A stretch of 64,000 bases of DNA, from assembly GCA_012517355.1 (NCBI GenBank), contig JAAYVD010000050.1, positions 23,350 through 87,349 on the forward strand, in the 5' to 3' direction. The stretch comes from Candidatus Rifleibacteriota bacterium (GTDB taxonomy: Bacteria; Muiribacteriota; Ozemobacteria; Ozemobacterales; Ozemobacteraceae). Shown piece after piece: positions 44,901-53,498 of the stretch (the first letter of the stretch is position 1; each line of letters begins with the position of its first letter). The notes under the pieces are model-generated. The model was not told the origin of the DNA, did no database searches, and saw only the letters and a list, made by a program, of their open reading frames with translations. A program made the position numbers and the translations under genes.

Positions 44901-47900
44901 CACCATCCCAGCCGGGCAGCAACCAGCCAGTGTCAACGAGTTCCGGGTGACCGACGAATCGGGGACGGAGATCCCGAGATACAACCTGACCGCACCGGCA
45001 GGTGTGGTCAGCACCGTGGCCACGCCCCATCTCGTGTTCCTGGTGAACCTGGGCAAGTCCGAAATCAGGAACTACTGGATCTACTGGGGAAACACCGGGG
45101 CCCCCAACCCCGGATACGGTTTCAGCGCCACCGCCTCCCTCACCTCGCGCACGGAGTGGACCCCGTACTATTCGCGAAAGCTGATGGAGCCCGGCATGGA
45201 GCCGATCACCATTTCCGCCGGCAACAACTTCGCCCTCAACGCCGGGGTCGATTTCCAGCGTGCCGCCGCCCCCGACAACATCCGGAACGCCAACGACGAC
45301 TGCTGGAGCGACCCGTTCAACCTCCCCTGGAACTTCTTCTTCTTCGGCACGAACGTCCAGAACAACTGGAAGGTGGACTCCAACGGCAACCTGTATCAGA
45401 ACAGCGTCGACAGCGGACAATGGGTCAACACCTGGGCCCGCTTCACCGGGGCGACCTGTTTCACGGCGGGACTGATCACCCCGGCCTGGCTCGACTACCG
45501 CTACAACAACGCCCCGTATCCCCCGAACCCAGGTTGCTATGGGAAGATCGAAACCTTCACCAACCCTGACCGCAAGGCCTTCACCTGGCGGGTGAACCGG
45601 TACTCCCTGACCGACGACATCTACCTTCACCAGGCCGTGGTCTACAGTACCGGTGACATCGCCCTTCGGTATGACCTCCTGAGCTACCGCGGCTGCTGGG
45701 ACACCGCCGGAGGCACCGACAACGAGGTGAACCTGGTCAACTTCACGGTCGGCATCAGCAACAACATCGGCAACTGGCTGCGCAGCACTCCCCTGACCGA
45801 GGGTATCGGGCTCACCCCGAGCTCCTTCTTCCAGTGCATGGACGCCTTCCGCAATTCCTACACGGTGGGTCCCATCGAAGGACCCACCGGGGCCTTCGCC
45901 AACCGGGGGAGCATCGAGTCCATCGTCTTCGATTCCCGATCCACCACCCCCCTGTGGGTCAGCCTCGACTACGAAACGGCCCCCACCGCCAACGGGCAGC
46001 TGGTGTTCTCCGTTCGGACAGGGGACACGTACGACCAGGCCGCCACGGGCACCTGGACCCTCCTCACGACGGTCACCAACGCCTCCCCCAACGGTTCGGT
46101 GCCCATTCCCGCCGGCATCGCCGGCAAACGGTATCTGCAATACCAGTGCGTCTTCCAGGGGAACACCGCGGCCGCGGCGCCGGTGCTGAACGAAGTGCGC
46201 CTGGTCTGCCGGGCGTTGAGCGTCGAAACGGTCACCGCCAGCACCTCGACAGGGGTCAGCCAGGGCCAGGACGGCATCCAGGTCGGAGTGACCTTCCGTA
46301 ACCACCACAACGCCGACATCACCATTCTCCCGGCCAACGCCACCCTTACCTTCTCTCTCGGCAGCTACACGGTGAGCGCCCCGGTGCTGGAGAACGGCGG
46401 GGTCGTGCCGCCCGGGGGTTCCATCACCGGCACATTCACCGTCAACGTCCTGGACGACTCGCCCACCGGGTCGGCCACCATCGACTGCATGGCCACCGGC
46501 ACGGCCGGAGCCCTCACCTTCGGCGACCGGGACGCCCAGAATCCCCATGTCTGGCGGGTTCTCAAGAAGGCCAAGATGGTGATCAGTTCCACCGACACCT
46601 CTCCCCCCACGGTGACCAAGGGCCAGGAATCCATCCCGGTCCGGGTCGCCATCCGCAACGACGGGGAAGCCCCCTTTACCCTCGATTCTGCCTCCCTGAC
46701 TTTCCCCCTCGGTCATTATCTCATCACCTACGGGACACCCCCCTTCGGAACCGTCGTCCCAGGCGGCACCGGCATCACCGCCGAATTCTCCGTCACCATC
46801 CTGGTGACCAGCCCCTCGGGAGTCTCCCTGATCAACGCCTTCGCCTCCGGGACCAACACCTTTTCGGGAAAATCGGTCGAGGCGACCGGATCCCTGGTCC
46901 TCGATTCCTGGATCATCCAGAACGAAGCCGCGCTGATCCTGACCGAAATCCTGGCCTCGCCCACGGTCTACCGCGGCCAGGCCAATGCTCCGGTCCTGCT
47001 CAAAACCGTGAACGAGGGCGAAGCCGCAGGGGTCTGGGCGAGTTCGGTGGTCGATTTCACCCCGATCGACCTCCCGCCCCGCACGTATCTCTCGAAAACC
47101 CCCGTCAGCAGTTTCCCCGTCACCATCCAGGGCGGCGGGGGATTCCACGTCGCCCGGTATGCCATCACCGTCTCCCCTTCCTCGGCGACCGGAACCGACG
47201 ACATCGAACCCACCATCCATTACACCGACAACAACGTGAAGGTGGAGGTCACCTATTCCTCCCCCTACTCCCTGGCCAGCTGGACGGTGGTGTCGCAATT
47301 GATCGGCACATACAAGGACGCGGCCTTCCAGTTCCCCTCATCGAGTTTCAACCAGCCCCTGAGCGGCACTCGCACGGTCCATGCCCGCGGCACGAACATG
47401 GACGGATTCACCGACTACGTGGTGCGCTGGTTTGATCCCGGCAACCAGGAAGTGGCTTCGAGCCCCGTCCTGACCGGTGACGCGTCGGGAACGCTTTCCC
47501 ATTCCTACGACCTCACCCCTGTCTCCCCGCCCGGCGGGTGGGTGGTCAAGGTCACCGACCCCCTCAACACCTACACCGCCTGCCAGACCCTGTTCGACGT
47601 GGTCAGCCCGGCCAGCCTTTCGGCCCGGGTTTCCCTGCCGCCCTCGGTCTCGGTGGGGCAGCCGTTCCCCCTCCTCATGACCTTCGCCAATGCCGGCGGG
47701 GCCATCATCAACGGCGCCTATCCCAGCCCCCTGCAGATATCGGGGGCGGGTTCCGCGGTGGTGGCCTCAGGCCCCACCCCGGTCGTCCAGGCGGTGGGAG
47801 GGTATGGGCAAGCAACCTTCACCTGGGGCCTGGTGGCGGTGGCCCCGGGCACCTTCACCGCCAGCGCCACGGGCTACGGCTTCGACGCCAACTCGGACGA

Positions 47901-50900
47901 TTTCCTGACCAGCCTGTATTCCTCGGCCAGCACCAACATCCAGAATCCCCCCAACGTCGCGATCACGTTGGTGACCGCCACCCCGACCGTGGTCTACCGG
48001 AACCAGCAGAATCTCGAAGTCCAGGTACGGGTGCGCAACACGGGTTCGTCGACGGCCCTCGTGGACGCGGCCAGCCTGACCTTCACCGCCGGAAGCTTCA
48101 CGCAGGCCCTGACCGACCCACCCCTGCCCTACAGCCTGGGCGGCTCGGGAGCGGCCGCCACCTTCACCTTCTCCATCGACGTGGCGGTCGATTCCCCGAC
48201 CGGCCTCTCCGCCTTCAGCGGGTATCTGCGTTTTTCCGACAGCAACTTCCCCGCCTCCGTCACCGTCATCAGCGCCCCCACCCCGAACGACAGCTGGACG
48301 GTGGCCACCATCGGCCTGCTCCTGTCCAACAATATCGCCTACGATCCCCAAAACTACACCTTCGTTCCCGGCCAAACCATCTACAGCCGCGCTTTCGGCC
48401 TGACCCCCGGGTCGTCCTGGTACCGCATCCGTTTCTACTCCCGGGAAATCCCCAACTCCTCCCCCGCTCCGGCCGGATGGGCCTATGTCTCCTCGCAACT
48501 GGCCGCCAACGCCTCGGGCACCGCCGACTTCCTGTATCCCATCCCCGCGGGATCGACTCCGGGAAAATGGAGCGTCGAGATCGAAACGGACCCCGACCTC
48601 AATTCCGGCACCCTCGGCACCCTGCTCGCCGTCCAGTATCTCGACCTCCAGGCCCCCGGCACCTTGCAGGCCAGCCTGACCCTCTCGCCCGTCGCCCCCT
48701 TCGAGGGCGACCTGGTCACGGCCACGCTCGACGCGGGGAACTGCCTGTCGACCGCCGCCTCCCTCATCACCCCGGCCACCGCTTCGGCCCTTGTGAAGAC
48801 CGGCATCTACGGTGACCTGACCTATGTCAGCGGCCCAACCCCCGCCTCGGCCTCTGTCCCCGCCATGGCCACGGCCACCTTCGTCTGGACCTACACCGCC
48901 GCCTCCAGCACCGGCCTCACCGGCTCGCTGGCCATGACCACGCAGCTGGCGTCATCCGTGACCGGCATCGAGGTCAACCGCGGGGTGGCCGCCGCCGGGT
49001 CGGCCCAGGCCGTCTCCAACCCCATCCGGATCTACCGCCGGGCCCTGTCGATGACCGCCACCAACACCTGGTATCAGGGAACCATCGCCCCGGGCACGAC
49101 CGGCGCCCCGGTGCCGGCCACCGTCATCAACACCGGCAACGCCACCCTCTCTGCCATCATGTGGAACACCGTCGACCTGAACGGCCCCAGTGGCAACAAG
49201 ATACCTTACAGCTCGCTCTCCCTGTCCCCCTCCCCGGTCTCGACCGTCCTTTCCCCATTGTCCCCGGCCGCCACGAGGGGCCTCTCCTCGCAATTGGCCG
49301 TTCCCTTCAACAAGACCGCCGGCCATTACATCGCCACCATGACCCTGTTCGAAGACCTCTCGGGGAACGGCAGCCGCGACCCGCTCGAGCCCTATGTCCT
49401 GTTCGCCCTCGACGTCGATGTGCCCGCCACCCAGAGCCTGTTCGTGCCCTCAGCCATCGTCGACCTGGGCGACTGGCCCCCGAACTCCTTCACCGGCAGC
49501 CAGACCATCACGATCATGAGCGTCGGCAATCTCGACCTGACCGACGTGAAGTTCGAAACCCCGCCGGTCGCCACCGATACCTTCTTCCGGGCCGCCCCTC
49601 TCTCCCTTGGCGGACTGTCGGTCGTCTCCCCGACCAACCTGACGACCGCCGAGGTGTCGGCCGACATCCCCAACCTGGCGCCCGCCCTCCACAAGCGCTA
49701 CATCGCCACCTGGACGGTCTACGAAGACACGGACCACAACGGCAGCCGGTCAGCCGCCGAGCCGGTCAAGGCGACCTTCCAGGTCCGCGTCAACATCGGA
49801 GCGGTCGACTTCAGCCTGACCTCGCCCGTCGACCTCGGGGTGGGGACACCCAGCACCGTCGTGCCGAGCAAGCCCCTCCAGATCACCAACGTCCCGGGCA
49901 CCCTGGATTTGTCACGCCTGCGGACCACCTACGGCGACCTCACCGGAAGCGGGCATACCATCCCCGCCGCCAACATCAACCTCGTCCATCCCTCCTCCAT
50001 CGCGGTCGGTGCCACCGGATACGCCTCGGTGACCATGCTGGTCCCCGCCGGCACCTATGCGACCACCTATTCGGGCATCCAGTGGGTGTATGAAGATGTC
50101 AACGGGAACGGCACCTGGAACACCGGAGAGGCCTCCCGGCCGTTCACCCTCACGGTGACCGTGCCCAGTTATCCGGCCATCCAGGTCCAGACCTCCCTGG
50201 TCTCGTTCGGCGACCTGACCGAGGGAGCCGTGGCCACCGTGACCTTCAACTGCAGGAACACGGGTAACGTCGACCTGACCGCCCTGCGCTGGCAGAAGCC
50301 CAACCTGGTCTCGGGGGGGAACACCATTGGGGCAGCCCAGTACTGGTTCCCCCCGACCGCCCCCACCTCATCTTTTACCGTCCCTGCTGGAACCTTCTTC
50401 TCCCAGGCCGTGACGATCACCGTCCCCAACCCGCAGGCCTACGGCGATTACACCGCCACCCCGGTCTGGTTGTACAACGACACCGATGGCGATTACCCGG
50501 TGACCGTGGAGCCCGGCGAACCCCAGAGCGCCTTCACCCTCCACGCCAAGATCGGAACCGTCTCCCTGGACATCCTGGAAAGCCAGGTCACCACCACGGG
50601 GGTTCCCGCCGCGGTTTCCGACCCCGGCGCCTACAACGTCAAGAACACCGGCAACCTGTCCCTGATCCGTCCCATGGCCAGCGCCACCACCAACCTGGTC
50701 GGCCCCTGGACGATCTCCGCCACGGCCAGCCAGTTCACCCCCAACCCGCTGGGAGTCACCATTCCCCTGCAGACCTCGGCGGGCCAGTGGCGGGTGACCG
50801 TCCCGGCGGGGGCGCCGGCGGGCGACTACCTCGGAACCCTGACGGTCTGGAACGATGCGAACGCCGATGCCAAGATCCAGAGTACCGAGGCCCGCGACAC

Positions 50901-52584
50901 CGCGCCGTTGAAGCTGACGGTGACCGCAAAAAAGGTGATCCAGGTGGTCGAAAACCCGGTCAACCTGGGCCTGGCCACCCAAGGGATGAGCGTCACCCGG
51001 GGCATCACCATCGTCAATGCCGGCAACGTCGACCTGGGCCGGCTCCGCGGGTGGGCCGGAACCCTGGAATACCCGGGATTCGACACGATTCCCGCCGCCA
51101 ACGGCACCTTCACTTCGAACCCGATCTGTCTCAACCTGACCACCGGTGCCGCCCCCGTCCCCGCCACGTTCACGGTCACCATGAAGACCAACCAGGCCCT
51201 GGGCCCCTACGCCTCAGACACCTTCTTCATCTACGAGGATGCCAACAACTCCGGCGATTACACCAGCGGCGAGGTGTTCGCCACCTTCACCGTCTCGGTG
51301 CAGGTCGCCCGCATGGCCATCAGCGTCACCTCGCCCCCTGCCCCCTTCGGGAATCAGAACCCGGGGGCAACGGTCTCCCAGGGGTTCACCATCCGCAACT
51401 CCGGCAGTTTCCCGCTGACCGCCAACGTCAAGTGGCTCCCCCGGGCCATGGAGGGTGGCGGGAACGTCATCGCCACGGCGGCCACCACCTTCCCCCCGCC
51501 CTCGCCCGCCGTCCCTTTCACCATGCTGGTCGGGGACACGTTCGCCTGCTCGGTGCGGCTGACCATCGCCTCGACGACCCCGCCGGGGACCTACCTCGGC
51601 ACCCACACGGTCTGGGCCGACCTGGACGGGGAAGGCGACCTCGACGACACCGAAGCCTCCGCCACCTTCCAGACCTCGGTCACCGTGAACGCCGTGGCCT
51701 CGCTGACGCTGCTGCCCGACACCGCGCACCTGGGCTCGTGGGCCCCCACCCAGACCACCACGCCGGTCGAGGTCGGCTTCCAGAACACGGGCAACACCAC
51801 CCTCTCCGGGTTCACCTGGGGAACCTACCTCGACCTGCTGAACGGGCTCGGTGACAGCATTCCCGCCACCCTCTTCTCGTCGGCCGCGCCGGTCTCGGTC
51901 GCCGCAGGGGCGTTCGCCACCACCACCGTCTGGGTCGGCCCTCTGCCCGACGTCCCGGTGGGGACCTACTCCCGGACCGGGTTCACGTTCCAGGCGGGCG
52001 CCGCCGGCGATTCCTGTTCCTTCACCCTCCACCTGACCCATTCCCTGCACCCGGTCCCCGACGTGGGCTCCGGCAGCGTGTTCCAGGCGGTGGCCACCTC
52101 CACCTTCGCGGCCGTCCTCCCGCCGGAGGACAACCGGTTCATCATCTCCGGCTGGGTCTGTCCCGGTTCCGGCGCCGCCGCCCTCGGCTTGTTCCTCGCC
52201 AGGAGCGACCAGTCGGAGGCAGGATTCCTGGGTGTGAAGATCGCCTCCACCGGCGCGGTGACGCCCCTCGGGGGCGTCGTCGAGGCGGGCATCCTGGAGC
52301 GGATCGTCCTGCCCGATGCGGCCGGAGTCATGCAGACCTGGTACCGCGTCTACGCCAGCTTCGATTACACGTTCACGGAGACGGTGGCCAGTTCCACCAG
52401 CCTCGTCCTGAGCAACGAGTCGCCCACGACGGCCAGCCATTCCGTCTGGTTCGACGCGGTCCAGTTCGAACAGGCCGTCTTCCCCGAACAGACCCGGCCG
52501 ACCAGTTTCTCGCCCGGCCGCAAGGTGGTGTCCCCCAACCAGGGCCTCGACCTGGAGGGGCGTCGCATCTACTACGAGTGGTAG
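41923..52584 (+). CDS. Giant secreted adhesin-like protein, 3553 aa. Contains tandem cadherin-like/VCBS-type Ig domains (NDAP...TLTFTPAANANGTA...DNGGTANGG), FN3-like domains, a long run of ASH/choice-of-anchor-D-like beta-sandwich repeats, and a ~150-aa C-terminal domain shared with CDS 20307..21032.
   Basis: GTG start at 41923 with hydrophobic leader GLFLFVPLAPLVALNQ. Four or more NDAPSFTKGADQ...LTFTPAA(S/N)ANGTAIVTVQVQDNGGTANGG repeats. FN3-like segments (TAPPTGLEALPSGGGIYLGWNP...). Dozens of about 100-aa repeats of the form VTFxCRNTGNVDLTxLRW...xGxYxGTLTVWxDxN-type. C-terminus ...SGWVCPGSGAAALGLF...ASHSVWFDAVQFEQ...RIYYEW. Confidence 0.8.
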   Translation: MGLFLFVPLAPLVALNQLSQPAFDANGTWTWDNNITRGALDTFTRNAGGGYSDAILTSNNTRRDGMLHQIFTTPAAGPVNARVRAGYQTTNTAGYTSFSLLGTVRDTTSGAYPNEGLVLTFLNRSTLNVTGWQASGWSTESQLSAGRSYRVQIYHDINVTGFNTNVTANIDNVYCNTSPVNLRASRSGADIVLNWDTSTGVGTLANYRVYYSTTGVAGSFVWLANVPAGTTNYTHVSPGTLYYYAVSDVETVTGDESPLSVAVLPPNITMAGAKNVNEDTDSAAITDFNCTGSAVCYPVTIVLTVSNGTLTMTNNGCTTFSNNGTSQVTIAGSLTALNNTLDTLIYRGSLNFYGSDNLNVNFSGIDMGNVAITVTPVNDAPSFTKGADQTAEENSGAKTVAGWATALSTGPANESSQSIAGFVVTNDNNALFSTQPAVAADGTLTFTPAASANGTAIVTVQVQDNGGTANGGVNTSAAQTFSIVIYHVNREPSFTKGADQVVAEDAGLQTVVGWATSLNPGHPSEGGQVLDFLVSNDNNALFSSQPAIAANGTLTFTPAANAAGVAVVTVQLHDNGGTANGGDDTSPAQTFTITVTAVNDAPTITVPAPQSVFKNGSLTLSTGNGNLITIADPDAGGNQIQVGLSVSQGKLKLNGTGGLTITAGGDDTAAMTIRGTLGNLQAALDGLVYTPSTGFTGADTLAVLLDDLGSTGSGGPLTDSDSVSLTVLVPPNTAPPTGLEALPSGGGIYLGWNPSPPENGATVVSYLLYRNLTPNDPAGATLIQTLPAGTTSTTDTWFGDPHYYFIRDLDSNGQTSPYSSQVSVAQAFPVYDGLREDLDFSWNPDRVEVNWVHPNVDFSGYRVAVGTTPGSTNVLDWTPVGTTDHATLAVSPPLASGTTYFTSVQLIDPLGNLSTLSTSNGFTVRGDQILIDTSNTGYFKYARALVNLDTTTDPGSLRPKTFAGGGLWQYRVKVTVKEPGVTARLNAPCHVTFTIPAGQQPASVNEFRVTDESGTEIPRYNLTAPAGVVSTVATPHLVFLVNLGKSEIRNYWIYWGNTGAPNPGYGFSATASLTSRTEWTPYYSRKLMEPGMEPITISAGNNFALNAGVDFQRAAAPDNIRNANDDCWSDPFNLPWNFFFFGTNVQNNWKVDSNGNLYQNSVDSGQWVNTWARFTGATCFTAGLITPAWLDYRYNNAPYPPNPGCYGKIETFTNPDRKAFTWRVNRYSLTDDIYLHQAVVYSTGDIALRYDLLSYRGCWDTAGGTDNEVNLVNFTVGISNNIGNWLRSTPLTEGIGLTPSSFFQCMDAFRNSYTVGPIEGPTGAFANRGSIESIVFDSRSTTPLWVSLDYETAPTANGQLVFSVRTGDTYDQAATGTWTLLTTVTNASPNGSVPIPAGIAGKRYLQYQCVFQGNTAAAAPVLNEVRLVCRALSVETVTASTSTGVSQGQDGIQVGVTFRNHHNADITILPANATLTFSLGSYTVSAPVLENGGVVPPGGSITGTFTVNVLDDSPTGSATIDCMATGTAGALTFGDRDAQNPHVWRVLKKAKMVISSTDTSPPTVTKGQESIPVRVAIRNDGEAPFTLDSASLTFPLGHYLITYGTPPFGTVVPGGTGITAEFSVTILVTSPSGVSLINAFASGTNTFSGKSVEATGSLVLDSWIIQNEAALILTEILASPTVYRGQANAPVLLKTVNEGEAAGVWASSVVDFTPIDLPPRTYLSKTPVSSFPVTIQGGGGFHVARYAITVSPSSATGTDDIEPTIHYTDNNVKVEVTYSSPYSLASWTVVSQLIGTYKDAAFQFPSSSFNQPLSGTRTVHARGTNMDGFTDYVVRWFDPGNQEVASSPVLTGDASGTLSHSYDLTPVSPPGGWVVKVTDPLNTYTACQTLFDVVSPASLSARVSLPPSVSVGQPFPLLMTFANAGGAIINGAYPSPLQISGAGSAVVASGPTPVVQAVGGYGQATFTWGLVAVAPGTFTASATGYGFDANSDDFLTSLYSSASTNIQNPPNVAITLVTATPTVVYRNQQNLEVQVRVRNTGSSTALVDAASLTFTAGSFTQALTDPPLPYSLGGSGAAATFTFSIDVAVDSPTGLSAFSGYLRFSDSNFPASVTVISAPTPNDSWTVATIGLLLSNNIAYDPQNYTFVPGQTIYSRAFGLTPGSSWYRIRFYSREIPNSSPAPAGWAYVSSQLAANASGTADFLYPIPAGSTPGKWSVEIETDPDLNSGTLGTLLAVQYLDLQAPGTLQASLTLSPVAPFEGDLVTATLDAGNCLSTAASLITPATASALVKTGIYGDLTYVSGPTPASASVPAMATATFVWTYTAASSTGLTGSLAMTTQLASSVTGIEVNRGVAAAGSAQAVSNPIRIYRRALSMTATNTWYQGTIAPGTTGAPVPATVINTGNATLSAIMWNTVDLNGPSGNKIPYSSLSLSPSPVSTVLSPLSPAATRGLSSQLAVPFNKTAGHYIATMTLFEDLSGNGSRDPLEPYVLFALDVDVPATQSLFVPSAIVDLGDWPPNSFTGSQTITIMSVGNLDLTDVKFETPPVATDTFFRAAPLSLGGLSVVSPTNLTTAEVSADIPNLAPALHKRYIATWTVYEDTDHNGSRSAAEPVKATFQVRVNIGAVDFSLTSPVDLGVGTPSTVVPSKPLQITNVPGTLDLSRLRTTYGDLTGSGHTIPAANINLVHPSSIAVGATGYASVTMLVPAGTYATTYSGIQWVYEDVNGNGTWNTGEASRPFTLTVTVPSYPAIQVQTSLVSFGDLTEGAVATVTFNCRNTGNVDLTALRWQKPNLVSGGNTIGAAQYWFPPTAPTSSFTVPAGTFFSQAVTITVPNPQAYGDYTATPVWLYNDTDGDYPVTVEPGEPQSAFTLHAKIGTVSLDILESQVTTTGVPAAVSDPGAYNVKNTGNLSLIRPMASATTNLVGPWTISATASQFTPNPLGVTIPLQTSAGQWRVTVPAGAPAGDYLGTLTVWNDANADAKIQSTEARDTAPLKLTVTAKKVIQVVENPVNLGLATQGMSVTRGITIVNAGNVDLGRLRGWAGTLEYPGFDTIPAANGTFTSNPICLNLTTGAAPVPATFTVTMKTNQALGPYASDTFFIYEDANNSGDYTSGEVFATFTVSVQVARMAISVTSPPAPFGNQNPGATVSQGFTIRNSGSFPLTANVKWLPRAMEGGGNVIATAATTFPPPSPAVPFTMLVGDTFACSVRLTIASTTPPGTYLGTHTVWADLDGEGDLDDTEASATFQTSVTVNAVASLTLLPDTAHLGSWAPTQTTTPVEVGFQNTGNTTLSGFTWGTYLDLLNGLGDSIPATLFSSAAPVSVAAGAFATTTVWVGPLPDVPVGTYSRTGFTFQAGAAGDSCSFTLHLTHSLHPVPDVGSGSVFQAVATSTFAAVLPPEDNRFIISGWVCPGSGAAALGLFLARSDQSEAGFLGVKIASTGAVTPLGGVVEAGILERIVLPDAAGVMQTWYRVYASFDYTFTETVASSTSLVLSNESPTTASHSVWFDAVQFEQAVFPEQTRPTSFSPGRKVVSPNQGLDLEGRRIYYEW

Positions 52585-52736
52585 CGCCCGCCACGCCGCG
52601 GAAAGGCCGGCCAGGAGAAGGAATTCAGAGCGTGCGCCTGACCTAGGCCGGAAGGAGATCCGGGCCGGTCACCGTGCAGCCGCGTTCCCCCGCCCAGGGA
52701 GTTCCCGGCGCCCGGCCGTGCCCCGGTGGTCTGCCG

Positions 52737-53489
52737 CTAGACCTGCCGCATCGTGGCTTCGAGGACGCGGAAGGTGATCCAGATGGCCAGCAGGAACCAG
52801 GCGACGCCCACCACCCAGCCGGGCAGATGGAGCATCTCGGCCAGCCGGTAGGCGTCAGACTGCGGCAGGTTGCGGTCGATCAGGTCGGACTTGATGTCGA
52901 GGATCACGTAGAAGCTCGAGGTCAGCCCGATGTAGCGCAGCAGCTGGTCGCAGGCCACCTCGCCGAACTGGCTGGCGAAGGCCAGCATCGCCGCCCCGAA
53001 CCCCAGGCCGAAGGCCACGCCGGCCCAGGTCCGCACGTAGACGGCGGTGACCACGATCAACAGGCCGCCGAGAAACTGTACCAGTTCCCGGTCATACCGG
53101 GTTTTGGCGGCGGCATAGAGCAGGCCCGCGCCCCACACCAGGCTGCCCAGGTAACCGGCCGACAGGATGACCCACCAGATGCCGCCCGCCGTCCAGCACA
53201 AGCCGCCCTGGTCGGCGGTCAACTCGATGGAGTGCATGCTGCCCCCCGTCGCCACCGCCGCCAGGCCGTGCGACAGTTCGTGGAAGAAGACGGTCAACAG
53301 CTTGACGGGATAGACCACCGGGCTCTCCCAGAACCAGACCGACAGCACGAACAGGATCAGCGGCAGGCCCATGCCCCCCAGGGGCAGCCGGGGGCCACGA
53401 TCGCCTGGAGCCGCCGGCCCGCCCGGGCCGGTCACGGGACCTGGGGGGGGAACCGGAGGAAGGTCGGGGAAGGGGAACGGTTCATCCAT
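52737..53489 (-). CDS. M50B-family (SpoIVFB/site-2-protease-like) intramembrane zinc metallopeptidase, 250 aa.
   Basis: Polytopic membrane protein with HELSHGLAAVATGG (HExxH inside a TM helix) and a downstream GxxxAGYLGSLVWG pattern typical of Peptidase_M50B. Starts 9 nt after the stop of the 1879-aa gene. Confidence 0.7.
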   Translation of the reverse strand: MDEPFPFPDLPPVPPPGPVTGPGGPAAPGDRGPRLPLGGMGLPLILFVLSVWFWESPVVYPVKLLTVFFHELSHGLAAVATGGSMHSIELTADQGGLCWTAGGIWWVILSAGYLGSLVWGAGLLYAAAKTRYDRELVQFLGGLLIVVTAVYVRTWAGVAFGLGFGAAMLAFASQFGEVACDQLLRYIGLTSSFYVILDIKSDLIDRNLPQSDAYRLAEMLHLPGWVVGVAWFLLAIWITFRVLEATMRQV

Positions 53490-53498
53490 GGCCGGGCC

